The notes under the pieces were generated by a model that was not told the origin of the DNA, made no database searches, and was given only the letters and a program-made list of their open reading frames with translations. Made by a program: the position numbers and the translations under genes. A DNA stretch of 57,385 nt, counting the filler, from Perkinsus olseni (lineage: Eukaryota), in NCBI GenBank assembly GCA_013115125.1. It is 2 parts of 2 records of this genome, joined end to end, with 100 filler letters (N's around TTAATTAATTAA, not from the genome) between each part and the next. Parts side by side here need not be neighbours in the genome. Positions count along the whole stretch, not along the records: positions 1 to 28,689 come from JABANN010000443.1; positions 28,790 to 57,385 come from JABANN010000444.1. One strand, 5' to 3'. Positions 23,841 to 35,499 of this stretch are shown here, piece after piece. How positions within the stretch are numbered: the stretch's first letter is position 1; each line of letters begins with the position of its first letter.

Positions 23841-25454
23841 ATGATGTACCGCCGCCCGCCCCTCTTCACCCTCGCCGTGTTGTTCCTATGCATAGCCTCG
23901 GCTATTGCCGGTAGAGAACTCAGGAGCACCTTCGATGACCTCAAGGCTCAGAGAAGTGAGATCGAACTTGACTAGGGTTCTTCCTACCCGCCATTCCTCA
24001 GACTTGGTGTACACTCCCGAGGAAGAAGCTCAGCACTTTAGTCGCTTCAAGGACGAGCTGCAGGCTAAGTCCGAATTCATGTCCTCCGATAAGATGGCCG
24101 ACCTCTACGACGAGACCAGACCGGCCATTATGCAGAGCCTCGTCGATGAGATCAACTCTAAGCAGGATACATGGACTGCATCTACCGAGCAGGGAAGGTT
24201 CTACGGTAAGCCGGCCGTATGTCTAGGCGAGACAGTCAGGCAGCTGGTTACCCTCAGGAGCCTCAATTGGCGACGTGAAGATTCTATGTGGGACATTCAT
24301 GAACGGAACTGAGCAGCTGAAGGAGAAGATCTATCCCCCAGAAGATCTATTAGACCTGCCAGACAGCTTTGATGCACGCGATGGGTTCAAAGAGTGCAAA
24401 AGCCTCATCGGCAAAGTCAGGTAGATGATACTCATTCCCTCTGACCAACCCTATCTTGTCTTCCAGAGATCAATCGGCCTGTGGTAGCTGCTGGGCCTTC
24501 GGTGACGTCGAGGCCTTCAACGATCGTCTCTGTATCAAATCGGGAGGGAAATTCACTGAGATGCTCTCTGCCGGCGAGATGAACGCCTGTTGTACCTTCC
24601 TCCACGGGTGTCTGTAAGACATGTCCAGTCTCGGCCATACTTGCCATCAAACCCGATATCAGTTCTTTCGGCTGAAACGGCGGGAATCCCATGATGGCGT
24701 GGACTTTCCTGAAAACCAATGGAATTGTCACCGGTGAGACAACCTCCTTCCCGAATGTGCCAACCCTTCCCCTATTTCTCCCGTATCAGGCGGAAACTTC
24801 GCTTCAAGTATGAGGAAGAGCGATGGCTGTTGGCCGTACGACTTCAAGCCATGCGCCCACCACGTGAAAGAGTCGGACTATCAGGCTTGCCCGGCAGTGA
24901 GAACCGCGGCGACGGGTAATTGCCACGAGACTTTCCGCGACTTCTATCAGGATACGTACAGCACACCGTCGTGTTCAAGCAGCTGCCACAACCAGCAGTA
25001 TGGGACTCCTTTCGATCAGTGAGTCAAGAGACATGGGAATGTTTGTGGTTATTCATCTTCTCGAGGGATCGCTACTACACCGACGATTACTTTCCGAGTC
25101 GGTTCGGCGACGCCAGCAGCATCAAGCAGGAGATCATGACCAATGGCCCGGTATGCCGATTTTTTCTCATTGCCGCGCTGACCATTCCGAGCCCTGTTCG
25201 ACCAGGTGTCAGCGGCCTTCTCCGTGTATGAAGATTTCACCTCCTACAAGTCTGGCGTCTACAAGCATACTACCGGCGCCCTACTAGGCGGGCATGCTGT
25301 TGAGATCATCGGTTGGGGTACTGAGAACGGCACCCCTTTCTGGCTCGTTAAGAACTCATGGAATGACGAATGGGGAGACGGTGGATTCTTCAAGATTGCC
25401 CAAGGTGACTGTGGCATAGACGATATGATCCTTGGAGGGACTCCCAAGGTGTGA
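23841..25454 (+). pseudogene. CTSB: Cathepsin B-like copy C, intact except for one in-frame TGA at a conserved Cys
   Basis: Exons 23841-23955, 24002-24205, 24258-24420, 24467-24613, 24663-24733, 24790-24896, 24951-25018, 25066-25150, 25206-25454. Catalytic Cys, His and Asn are present. Exon 5 reads SFG-TGA(24673-24675)-NGGNP. Confidence 0.85.
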
Positions 25455-25525
25455 ATATTCGACCTTCCGCCAACCACAACCACCCTTTGTCTGGCTGTCG
25501 ACCTCTAGGAGCTTTTTCATCCCTA

Positions 25526-26624
25526 TGTGACGGTCGGCAGCTCATCGTGCTGGACCAGCACCGCTGGTACTCACCTTTCATCATCACGATTCTGTCCGCG
25601 TTCTTTAGATGTTGAACTATTCGACTTGATTATCACTACTTTGGACCACTCGATACGCCCTGTTACGAGTTGAGCAGTAGTGATTAAACCTCTGGTCTCC
25701 GAGATGGGGCAAGACGCGGTACCGCGCTAGCGTCGGAAAAGTCGACAGGACCTCACGACGGCAGCGAGGGTAACGCTGAGGCGAACTGTGCGGAGCCCTA
25801 AGGCGACGCTGCAAGCGGCGATCACGGTTAGCAGGCACAAGTTGCCTCTCGAAAACCTCGGTTAAGAAAAGAAGAGAGCGTCGGGAGGACAACGCTCGAC
25901 TACACCTGGTAACTCAAGCCGGTAGTCGAGGCACTAGCTTACTAGCATCACGCTAGAAGCGTGGGAGCCACAATCGGGACACAATCGGTTGCCCCGTTGT
26001 GCGCACAATATAACACGGCATCACTCCGCGCCGGTTTTAACCTAGATAAACTACTCGTTTATCCGCTGAACCGACAGGGTTTTGGAGACTCCTAGACTGA
26101 GAATCCCAGTCCGGAGGGTGCTTTCATGGGTTCAAGCCTTGAGAAAGGACTTCGACTGCGTGCTTGATACAAGCCGCAGGACTGGTATCAAGCATGCCGT
26201 CTATGTCCTTTACCCTGTGCCGAGAAACCCACTTTTATCCTAAGGAGAACTCATAAAGAGCACCATTGTACATGCGGGTGAGGCATTGTGCATAGCGGCT
26301 GAGTATGTACTAGCGTGACGCTAGTAGCTTCAATACTGTAAGGTTATATATAGGGGAAGTTTGCCCAAACCTTATTAACCAGCTCAAGGACCAGACTGTA
26401 TACGGATACCAAATACTAGTACGGTCGGGACACGTACCAGGCAATAGATATACGATTGTAGTTTGCAATGGTTTCTACGTGAACTATAGCGTTGAGTTAT
26501 TCAATAGCTTAGCTTGGGACACGCTTTGCGATACCTTCGGTCAGCGTCTGTTCGTACACAAAAGGGGACAGGATTACGTGCGGTCGGTATGCGTGCCATT
26601 ATAGCTACGCCTCCTGGCACCACA
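25526..26624 (-). repeat. Putative 3' LTR (~1.1 kb, TGTG...CACA termini)
   Basis: Starts immediately after the PPT with TG and has 4-bp inverted termini. The distal boundary is inferred only from the terminus; the other LTR is not in the window. Confidence 0.6.
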
Positions 26625-26801
26625 TTTCCCTCCCTGCCAAGACGATGACCAGGGTATCGAAGCGGTCAGACGTCACAAAAGAATCAAAATCAAAATAGAA
26701 GTCATACGAATTATTATCACTACTCAGCAGCATCGTCTTCGTCTTCCTCAATACTCTTGCTGATCTTTGTCGAAGGTGACGGTCGGGTCATAGTCTATGA
26801 C

Positions 26802-27251
26802 TCATAGACATGCGACTTGCAACAGCTTGACCGGGCCGGGATCACGCTAGACCTTCGATTCAGCGGTCAGTATGAATCTCACCAGTACAGATACTGTACT
26901 GGAAGTAGACAAAGGTGGTGACAACCAGGTTGTGCACGATGGCGGACTCGGGGCGTAGGCGGACGAAGTTGGCCAAGAGTAGGGTCGGCAGCTTAAGCAC
27001 AGGAGCTTCGGAACGATACCAATATCATAAAATAAGTCGATAACCAGGCCTTTGTAACGGGTGCTGGCCGTTACCAAATAGGCACGTTTGACCTAAAAGT
27101 GCACGAAAAGTGCAGGAACTTTATCAAGACACGGCACTCCAACAGAATCGTTGTTGTAAGCGGTCAGAACTACTTCTAGTTGAACGGAATGTCGTCGGAT
27201 CACCAATTCATACTCAGAACGTTTTTCAAGATCTTTCTTACTGCTAACCAT
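26802..27251 (-). CDS. Putative accessory spliced ORF between pol and the 3' LTR
   Basis: ATG 27251 MVSSKKDLEKRSEYELVIRR...NDSVG; a 45-nt phase-0 GT..TTTTAG intron removes an in-frame TAG; then VKRAYLVTASTRYKGLVIDLFYDIG...VSVL; a 36-nt GTGAG..CTAG intron; then RDPGPVKLLQVACL*. Confidence 0.35.
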
Positions 27252-27468
27252 GCCCCCGGGAGCCGGTCAGCCAGTACTACAGGCGGACTATAATCGGAAA
27301 AGAGGCAATCCGCAAAACGGTATTGCGTAGACCGAAGAGGTAGTGAGGGGTCTAGACGAGACTAGAGGTGACTCCGCAAAACGAAGTCGCGTGGCCCGGT
27401 CCTGATAGTGTACTAGTAACATTATCATTACTCCCCTCCCTGCCAGAACTAAGCCATAATACCTAGGT

Positions 27469-28689
27469 TTAGTTCGAACCGTCTGTAGGCATAGACCTTG
27501 AGCGATTAGCCTCTTGCTCTTGACGTCGTTGCAAGGCTATCGGGACGTAATTAGCGGGGTCAAAATGTACTCTCGGTCGGGGTAGAGTACCGGCTTGAGA
27601 GCGTGTACGGGGTCGAGTGAGTTCAACCGACATGGGGTGGACTAACTCAGCGGGTTCAGGCGCAGCCTGAGGGGAGTCGTCTTCACGGACTGAACCAACC
27701 TCTGGCGTAGTAGAAGTTGAGGAACTTGAAGTAGACAATTGAAGTCCTTCTCCTTCAACCAACAGTGGGTTCTGAAGTGGGACCGGAATCGGGGGTTCTA
27801 GAGGACGGGCAGGGGATAGTAAAGCAGAAGAATTTTCTCGTTCTTCTAACGCAGATGCCATTGACATCTGTAGCGAGGAATTCGGCGTTGAGGCGGGCGT
27901 ACTTAACTGGACCGGCCGTTGTTGCTCAGGGCTAAGGGCTCCAAAGCCATCAAGCACCGACCGGTACGGAGACGAGGTTGCAGAGGTCAGGAGAGGCGTA
28001 GTACCGTGGACGCTTGGGACAGGAGGATGCGAAGAACCCGACCGTGATGTCAGCAAAGGAGTAGACCCGGTAATCTCAGATGGAACGGGCACGTCAGCGG
28101 GGTCGACGGGAGTCGGTGGAATAGGCGCTTCTGACAATACAGGACGTCGAACTGAGCCATCAGACCGTACAGATTGCAACTCCTCTGGCACACAGTCGGT
28201 CGGGGCACGGCCTAAGATCCCAGGTCGGTTAGCGGTGTCCACGGGTAGATGGATCTTAACCATAGCGGGGCGCATCGGGGGAGGCGTCGGAGTCGTTGGT
28301 TGTGGACGGAAAGCCTCCATGCCTGGCCACTCTGGACCGCGCGCTGGTTGATCAGGAGCGAAAGGGTCGTCATTCTCGCCCAAGAAAACCATCTCCGGAA
28401 ATTCTCGTGGTCGATCCTCATCTACAGTAGATACTTGAGCAGAACCATGTTCGGTCGGTACGGGTCTCGGTCTAACGAGTATCGGAGGAAACTGCTCCTT
28501 AATCTCGTCCAAATTGTCGGGCTGTAGGGGATCGATCTTCAAGTGGTCGACACTATAGACCTTAGATCTCTTAGTGGGCAAATGGTAAATGCGAACGACC
28601 TTCACCGGGTCGTGATCACCAATAATTTCAGTAACAAACCAATCAGGTTCCCACATAGGGGAGAGCTTGAATTGTCGCTGATGTCGTAG
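27469..28689 (-). CDS. pol: Retrotransposon Pol C-terminus (integrase GPY/F module + long Pro/Ser-rich tail), 5'-truncated
   Basis: Frame is open up to the gap: RHQRQFKLSPMWEPDWFVTEIIG..VVRIYHLPTKRSKVYSVDHLK matches the Ty3/Gypsy KLxPxWxGPYxV...HxxxLK pattern loosely. Confidence 0.7.
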   Translation of the reverse strand, partial: LRHQRQFKLSPMWEPDWFVTEIIGDHDPVKVVRIYHLPTKRSKVYSVDHLKIDPLQPDNLDEIKEQFPPILVRPRPVPTEHGSAQVSTVDEDRPREFPEMVFLGENDDPFAPDQPARGPEWPGMEAFRPQPTTPTPPPMRPAMVKIHLPVDTANRPGILGRAPTDCVPEELQSVRSDGSVRRPVLSEAPIPPTPVDPADVPVPSEITGSTPLLTSRSGSSHPPVPSVHGTTPLLTSATSSPYRSVLDGFGALSPEQQRPVQLSTPASTPNSSLQMSMASALEERENSSALLSPARPLEPPIPVPLQNPLLVEGEGLQLSTSSSSTSTTPEVGSVREDDSPQAAPEPAELVHPMSVELTRPRTRSQAGTLPRPRVHFDPANYVPIALQRRQEQEANRSRSMPTDGSN

Positions 28690-28789
28690 NNNNNNNNNNN
28701 NNNNNNNNNNNNNNNNNNNNNNNNNNNNNNNNNTTAATTAATTAANNNNNNNNNNNNNNNNNNNNNNNNNNNNNNNNNNNNNNNNNNNN
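28690..28789. other. Assembly gap with artificial TTAATTAATTAA stop-codon linker (contig join)
   Basis: N run, then TTAATTAATTAA (28734-28745, stops in all six frames), then N run; 100 nt in total. Confidence 0.95.
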
Positions 28790-29021
28790 GTATCGCTGAT
28801 AGCCCTAGCCTTGCTTCCATCCGTGGCGAACCAACCGCGCGTCACCGCGCTGTCACCATCCCGCTGTGCGCGGATGAACGACGACGGTGCGGCGCCGTCG
28901 GCGCCCTCGCCCGCACTGACCGTCGCAAATAATGACGAACATGCAAACTTCGCTCCGCCCCGAAGCACAATTCCAAAGCATATCGAGCAATTGCGGTTTT
29001 CCCCCTCACCCGTTGTTGAAC

Positions 29022-29912
29022 ATGAAGACCATCACCATCATCGCGACCCTTGGGCCCTTCGTTCAGGGGCGAAGCCTGCTAAGGAGCAAACCCGGGCGTA
29101 GTGGATTCGGCGAGGTTGCTGCTGACGTGGCCTGGGTTAACGACTCGCCACGGGACACCAGCTTTTACGACAACAACCTTTACTGCAGTTTCGACGTTCA
29201 AGACCAAGCTCTGTGCGCCGTGAGAGCGGCTCGTGGAGATGTCAACAACTTCCTCGCCTACAACGTCACTGGTACCGGCAGGAGACGCACGCAGACCTGC
29301 TCGGCAGTCACTCACCCATCGATTGGTGGACCCGTCATAAAGGAGAAGAAGAAGGGAGTCAGGGCCAGTTTTTGCAGGGCCAAGAACCGGGTTCGCTCCT
29401 GGGTGAAGAGTCAGAGGAAGATCGAGGAGAGTCTAACACTAACGGAGGAGCAAGCCTTCGGCCGACAATATGAAATTCTGGTGAAACATAAGCCTGAGGG
29501 CTTTCACGAGATCGACTTGAAAGCATCTCCCAAGATGAACTCTGATGACCCTGAGAAGTATCTCAACTTTACCTTTTTTTCTCCTACACCCAATCCTGTT
29601 TACGTAACCTATCGCTTCAACAGAGTGTACAGTCTTCCCATCAACACGATCTGGGAGGCCTATCGCTCGAGGGATCTCCAATTCGAGAGCCAGGACCCCC
29701 CAATGCGTCTCGAGTACAAACATTCCAAGTGGGGCATCAGAGTCGCAGGATACCGCTCCGCCGACGTCGCTGCCTCTGAAGCCGACAACCGTTTTTGGTG
29801 GTTTTTTGGCATGAAATGCTACTATGGGTTCTTCTTTCGATTCCCGTCGGGTAGGTACGGATTTCTGGCGAGTGCTGCAAACAATACTTATGCGATTTTA
29901 AGGGCGATTTGA
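29022..29912 (+). CDS. Hypothetical, probably secreted protein
   Basis: Intronless ORF. ATG 29022 gives MKTITIIATLGPFVQG (signal-like). A C-x8-C segment (LYCSFDVQDQALCAV) and the C-terminus loosely resemble the 53.8-56.9 kb family. Confidence 0.65.
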   Translation: MKTITIIATLGPFVQGRSLLRSKPGRSGFGEVAADVAWVNDSPRDTSFYDNNLYCSFDVQDQALCAVRAARGDVNNFLAYNVTGTGRRRTQTCSAVTHPSIGGPVIKEKKKGVRASFCRAKNRVRSWVKSQRKIEESLTLTEEQAFGRQYEILVKHKPEGFHEIDLKASPKMNSDDPEKYLNFTFFSPTPNPVYVTYRFNRVYSLPINTIWEAYRSRDLQFESQDPPMRLEYKHSKWGIRVAGYRSADVAASEADNRFWWFFGMKCYYGFFFRFPSGRYGFLASAANNTYAILRAI

Positions 29913-30059
29913 GATGCTACTCGGGTGTAGTAGTAATCATGCTGTTGTCTTTGTATTTGTTGTTGTGAAAAATCTGTTTGTGTGAGCGCGTTCTCAGTGA
30001 CTTTAATGACACAACGCAAAGAGTCAAATACTATCCCGAGAGGACATGTAGCTGGATAC

Positions 30060-30977
30060 GCAGCTGAGCGCAGATATCTGAGACCAGACGACGTCTCCCA
30101 AAGTCTCCACGCCGATATCGTCCGGCGAGTGGTGCGAAGCGCTGCACCATAGAAAGGGCGTGGGTTCGATTCCCACCGCTATCACATCTCACCTTGGATG
30201 AGTTTCATCGCTCGAGTTATATTGATATGTCCCCCACAAGAGTGCTCGTCCAGGATAATCCAAATCACGTCGGGCGTCTCAGCGACCCTGGATGGCAGAC
30301 TGAGGATGACTTCGAGCAGGTCAGGGGAATCTTCGCCTTCCCTGGAAACGTACCTGACGAAGTTCAAATCCCAGGGAATAGAGCCCACAAACATCGCACT
30401 GGCAACATGCCCTTCGACGACTACACCATTTGCCATACACGAAGTCCGATGGCAACTGCGAAATATGATGACACCAAGAATGTCAATCCAAACTCCACTA
30501 GTTCGACAAGGGCAAAAATATCACAGGCAAGAATGACAGTATCACAACCGAGGTTGACAATACACGGGGAAAATTGACAAGTGCCGATCCAAGTGTGACA
30601 GCCGATGGAAGCCCAGAGTCGAACAGAAGGGCTCATGCGGCCTCAGAGACCACACAATCACTGGATAACACACGGAAGAAATTGCCCGCCCGAAAATATC
30701 TGACTTTTGTCGGTCTCGAACGGGAAATGCTGTAGAGTAATCTGCAGCTGCTTACCACACTTCCACAGCATCGACGTCGTCGTCGTCGTCGAGATTGATA
30801 TCGCAGTTCCTCAGGGATGATCTCATTCCATCAGGGTGGGCGATTATCACCTGCCCGAACTCGAACAGTCATCAATCAGCGTCGCCCCACCAGTCGCTCA
30901 TCCGCATTCGACAACCTTCGTTTCTCTAACAGGTTCGAGAGCTTCTCGGCGGCCGACGAAGTACCCACAGAGGACAT
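30060..30977 (-). CDS. Probable multi-exon hypothetical gene; 3' end unresolved
   Basis: ATG 30977 MSSVGTSSAAEKLSNLLEKRRLSNADERL followed by a GT donor; a later exon ...HINITRAMKLIQ ends at a GTGAG donor (30192). Confidence 0.35.
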
Positions 30978-31075
30978 GAAAAAACCGATTTTCTTCGGTC
31001 TTTTTTCCGCGTAAAACTCGCCACTCGGCAACGCAATAATGGAATTAACAGAGACAGTATCATGGCGAGACGAAA

Positions 31076-32855
31076 CTACTCATCAACGGGCGACGGAGGG
31101 CCGACAAGATTCCCTCGCCAAGAGCTTTGACTCATATGGTACAAGGAGAAGTCCAATGACGAAGGCAGACGTGTCGACCGGCCGTGGTCATAGCGAAGGA
31201 ATAGCGGTAGAGAGTTGTCGCTGGCCCTCAGGGGTAGGCTGCTCAAACCTAATATGACGAGAGCCGGGATGGAACCGGGGACCTTTCGATTACCCACCTG
31301 TGAAGACCTTCTGCCAGAGGAACTCTGCAATATAACAAGGCATGTTACCGATTTCACATCCTGTGCCATTCCAGCCGGTCCGAATAATATTGTTCATGTT
31401 ATTATAAGAATCGATCGACCGTTTCATGATCGATTTACGACTCACTACAAATTGTCCACAACAATAGCTGCTCAGAAATTCATCAGTTTTCAGTTCATCT
31501 CCGAAGATTCGCTGATGCGCACGCGAAAGACAATCTGTTCTCATCTGAAGATACCTTTCGTGGTTGAGATGTAAAAAGTCAGCATGAAAAGTTCCGAGAA
31601 AGATACTTTTAGTCACGATGTTGAGGAAGGGGATTTGAAGATGCCGCGGAGCATCATCGTGGAGGAAAATAACGAAATCAGGGACCTCTTCGTAACGTGC
31701 AAGGATGTAATAAAGATACGCCGTGCATTCTCCGGTCATGAGGCCGAGCCCGTCAGTTTGGTCGGTGGTAAGTTGCGTGAAAATAACGTCCTTGAAAGGG
31801 AGGGAGTCGACGATTTGTTGCTGGGTGAAATCGTCGGGGAAATTATCACCGCATTTGTCGATGATGTGCAGTCGCCAATGGCTGCTCACTGTTATGTTAC
31901 GTAACTGACAGTAACCTAGCTATTCTGTATCTTACTAGGATCAACCTAAGATATCACCCAAGATAGAGTATGGTTGCACTTGGCGATAACGAAGTCGACC
32001 TCGAAGGCAGACTGATTCCGCGCGCGTAGATCTTCCAGGGCGGAGTTGTACGAAGCCCAGGCCTCTTCAACGGGGAACATGCTATACCTGAAATGCTGGC
32101 GGCCGCCAACTTGACCTGTTCTGTATCTAACTCACATCGACCTAAGATTCCCTATCGCGTCTGGTGAGTTCTCTAACTCCTGGATAAACACTCTCGCTTT
32201 ATTGGCATAGGATTCACCAGTAGCCTGTCAACGACGGCGGAGCGAAGCGTTTTTTGTCTGCATTTTTGTCCATCACTACCGGACCATCTATTTGTAGTCT
32301 GATCTCGGCCATCATCAAAAGCGAAGTTACGAGCAACCCGGGGCAAGCAGCGAAGGTCTCAGTTTGATCGGACTCTGTCGCACTTAGAAGCCAGAACACC
32401 TTTCAAGGCTCGTCGCAACCTAAGTCGTATCTTGCACGGGTGAACATAAGATACCACCTCATCTATCGGCGGCTTAGAAAACTGATGGCCTGGCCTTGAT
32501 GGTCGATAATAGTCCAGTAACCGCGCCTGAAGCAGTGCTCGACCTGACTTGTATCTTACACGCTCAACCTCAAGATACCCGACCTGAAAATCCCAAGCTA
32601 GAACTTCGCTCCGCCTGCAGCGAAACCCCTCGTCATAATGTGGATGAGACTCGCAAATTTCGCCTATCTGCCGTAGTGTCCAATAACACCCGGTGTAGAA
32701 CTCCTAAAACGGGGAAATTAGTCCCAAACTCGGACAAAATTCCCCACTTTTTTCGAGTGTCGTTGTATGAACTCCTCTGTGTACTCACTGACATAATCGT
32801 CCTCGGGGGCCGACTCAGTCGTAAAAAGCGAAAGAATGAGTATCCAACTTATCAT
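31076..32855 (-). CDS. DUF3431-like protein with signal peptide (multi-exon)
   Basis: MISWILILSLFTTESA start. ECTAYLYYILARYEEVPDFVIFLHDD, YCCGQFVVSRKSIMKR and CYIAEFLWQKVF match the DUF3431 pattern. Last intron 31249-31297; last exon ends ...SPVDE*. Confidence 0.75.
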
Positions 32856-32949
32856 GTATGGTGAACACGAAATATAGATCCCCTAAATCTTGCAATCTTG
32901 CATTTCCTCAACGCTCTCTTGTTAGGGAATACCACGGTAATTAGTAAAC

Positions 32950-34020
32950 CCAATAGCAATGAGTTTAGAGACATACAACTACATACGAATAGTTACTGGG
33001 AGAGCACTATAACTCATACAGGTTGAATACGCTGTGGGAATTATCTAGATATGTAGTTAGATCAAATCGATCAACCGTTTCACAATATCACCAATATCAC
33101 CGGTAAACCGTTTCGTGCCAAAAACAACTGGGTCAATTTCGATACACAACGCCACAGACAGGTTGAAAAAAACTCAGAAAATGCAGAGCCTTCAGTTCGA
33201 TCACAGCCCGATGAGTTTGATCATGCCATCGCACTCCATTAGTGAACACAAGAGTCAGCAAGAAATCTAAAACTGCAATGAAAGGGTGGATGTGGTGAAA
33301 CCTCTACGTTGTGGCATTAGGCCGCGGTCAAGAGACCGGTGGGTGACGAAGGCAATGGTACGGCTGAGCAACTGTGAGGGTAACGGCGATCAACAAAAAA
33401 GGTAAGGCAGAGCATCATCATCATCAACCCATAGATGCTCTTTTAGAGAGGTTTTGGGAATCTGAAGGAGGACGACGGATCTGAGCTCATCGTCCTCCGC
33501 TGGTGGACTCTCGTAACGAATTGCGAGCTACCCGGGTTCAGGCCCTGGAGCGGGCATTTTTCCGTTTTTTATTCACCAATGTGTTATTTTGAACGGCGCA
33601 TTGCGTGAAGTGTCATGTAGCTCAGATTGGTATCCGAGGTCGATCATGGCACTCACCGGGTAAGAGTGGCTCGATTTGGATGGTCGAGTATGGTATGACG
33701 GATGGAGTACTGTACCTGACATCATTTAGGAATCTTATGTTCATGCGTGCAAGATACGCACCAGCTTATTGTGCCGTTTGGGTGAACAACGGCTGTGGCA
33801 TTTTCTTCAGATGCCTCGGACAGGTCGAGCGACGGAGGTCGCTGTTTCAGCGTTCTGAAAGATGATGAGGTATCTTGAGGTTGAGCGAGGAAGATACAGA
33901 ATAGGTCAAGATCACCTCACTCGTTGCTGACCCTTTTTCTCCTCAGTCTGTGTTGTGCCTCGAAGTTCGGTTGACACTCCGACCTCTGCGCCAACGGGTC
34001 TGACGAATACTGATGCTTAC
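32950..34020 (+). CDS. Possible multi-exon hypothetical gene (unresolved)
   Basis: GC-richer blocks bounded by plus-strand AG/GT sites (for example a donor at 33870). No recognisable motif. Confidence 0.25.
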
Positions 34021-34320
34021 CGCTCTCCAGCTCGACCAAGAAGAGGCGTGAATTTTCCACCCGAACGATTAAATATCAGTAGTAAGTGTGAAAATTTCAC
34101 CCAAACGACTAAAGAAAAAGAATAATATTGAATAATATTTTCCTCATCCGAGCAGGATCGGCAAGTCGTATGTGTGAAGTCATGGTACGTGAACTGGTAT
34201 TGGAAATGACGAGTATCCAAGGTCGAAGCACGAGTAAAAAGTTTTGAGGAATCATGAGGGGATGATCCCTCTGGGTGGCTGCTCTGTGAAAAACTTCACT
34301 CAAGAGTTATGCTACGTGGC

Positions 34321-34437
34321 GATTCATTTAAAGTGAGATTCTTTTCTTCATCCTGGCAAGATTCATTCGAAGTGAGAATCTTTTCTTCATCCTGGCAAGA
34401 TTCATTCGAAGTGAGAATCTTTTCTTCATCCTGGCAA
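34321..34437. repeat. 39-bp tandem repeat, 3 copies
   Basis: GATTCATT(TA/CG)AAGTGAGA(T/A)TCTTTTCTTCATCCTGGCAA at 34321, 34360 and 34399. Confidence 0.95.
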
Positions 34438-35499
34438 CATTCACTTACGTTGAAGTGCTGCAAGTTGCGTTCTCAGAACCATCGGGAAGTTGCAGCTCGG
34501 GTGGGATCTGAGGAAGTTTTGGTATGAATAATTTCACGCTCGCAAAGGGCCTACCTTCTTCCCGGAATTTTCAGAAGTACTGTTCTCAGTAGTATCGGCT
34601 GTGACTGCCGGAACATTTCGTTGACGTGATGGTGTAATGGACATGATAAATAACAATATGAAACTTATCACGAAAAGGTCCCCGGTTCTATCCCCGGAAA
34701 GGGCCGTTTAACGAAATAATGAAAATTATGAAAATTCACTGTTGTATTAATAACAGTGTTGATCATTAATCCTCGACAAAGATTTCCGTGGCGAGCATGA
34801 GTCAACCTAAGATACGCCCTCCTACAATCAACAAAAACCTTCAACTTGATGCAGGCGATGATGGCGCAACTACGATAACAATAACACCGATCGCCGGCTG
34901 CTCGGGGAGTCACTTCGATTATGATTGTAATGACGACTAATTAAAAGCTCTTCCTTCAAATAATGACAATGATTCTGAAAACCACCATCATCACCATTTT
35001 ACAAGGAAGGCTATAGAGAGCATTGCTGCCTAAGATACTCTAACTTGACGATGGCCCGACGGCCTCTCACGGAGAGGGTAGAATGGGTGGACGGGAATGC
35101 CACGCGAACAATGATGATTATTATTACGAGTAATACTACAGTTTTACTACTATATAATAATTAGTTCAGGGGAAAATGGGAAAAACAACATCATCATCAT
35201 GACCGACGACAGCGATCTAGATCGTGCCACACCACCGAGAACAGAATACAACAGCCACTACTTTAAGACTCATCATTAGTTGAATTAACGGCGATTGTGA
35301 TGACGAGGATGATAATAATGATAACCACTGCGGCAGACCATGAAGGTGCATCATTATGAGACGGAAAAATCGATAAATCGACGGCGAGTCATCATCGCGG
35401 GCAGTGAGATCATCATCACCATCAGCATCATCAATCACCAGGAGCGTCGAAAAGAAACTTGATACATGTAAGGAAGAGGCAACAGCAGCAGCAGCAGCA

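Larger units (their letters stand above)
25526..28689 (-). mobile_element. 3' part of a Ty3/Gypsy LTR retrotransposon (pol C-terminus, PPT, 3' LTR), truncated by the assembly gap
   Basis: Integrase C-terminal GPY/F-like module, then a polypurine tract GGCAGGGAGGGAAA (26625-26638, minus) directly abutting TGTGG at 26624. The putative LTR ends ...TCACA at 25526. Confidence 0.75.

Noticed and set aside
25455-25620. Possible SECIS after cathepsin copy C
   Set aside because: The weak hairpin lacks the apical AA and the GA quartet partner, and it lies mostly in the putative LTR.
28734-28745. TTAATTAATTAA island within Ns
   Set aside because: Artificial six-frame stop linker; adjacency of the two contigs should not be assumed.
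30105-30185. Possible tRNA gene (perfect T-arm GTGGG-TTCGATT-CCCAC)
   Set aside because: No convincing D-arm, anticodon stem or acceptor stem. The same applies to the other GGTTCGA copies, so no tRNA genes were called.
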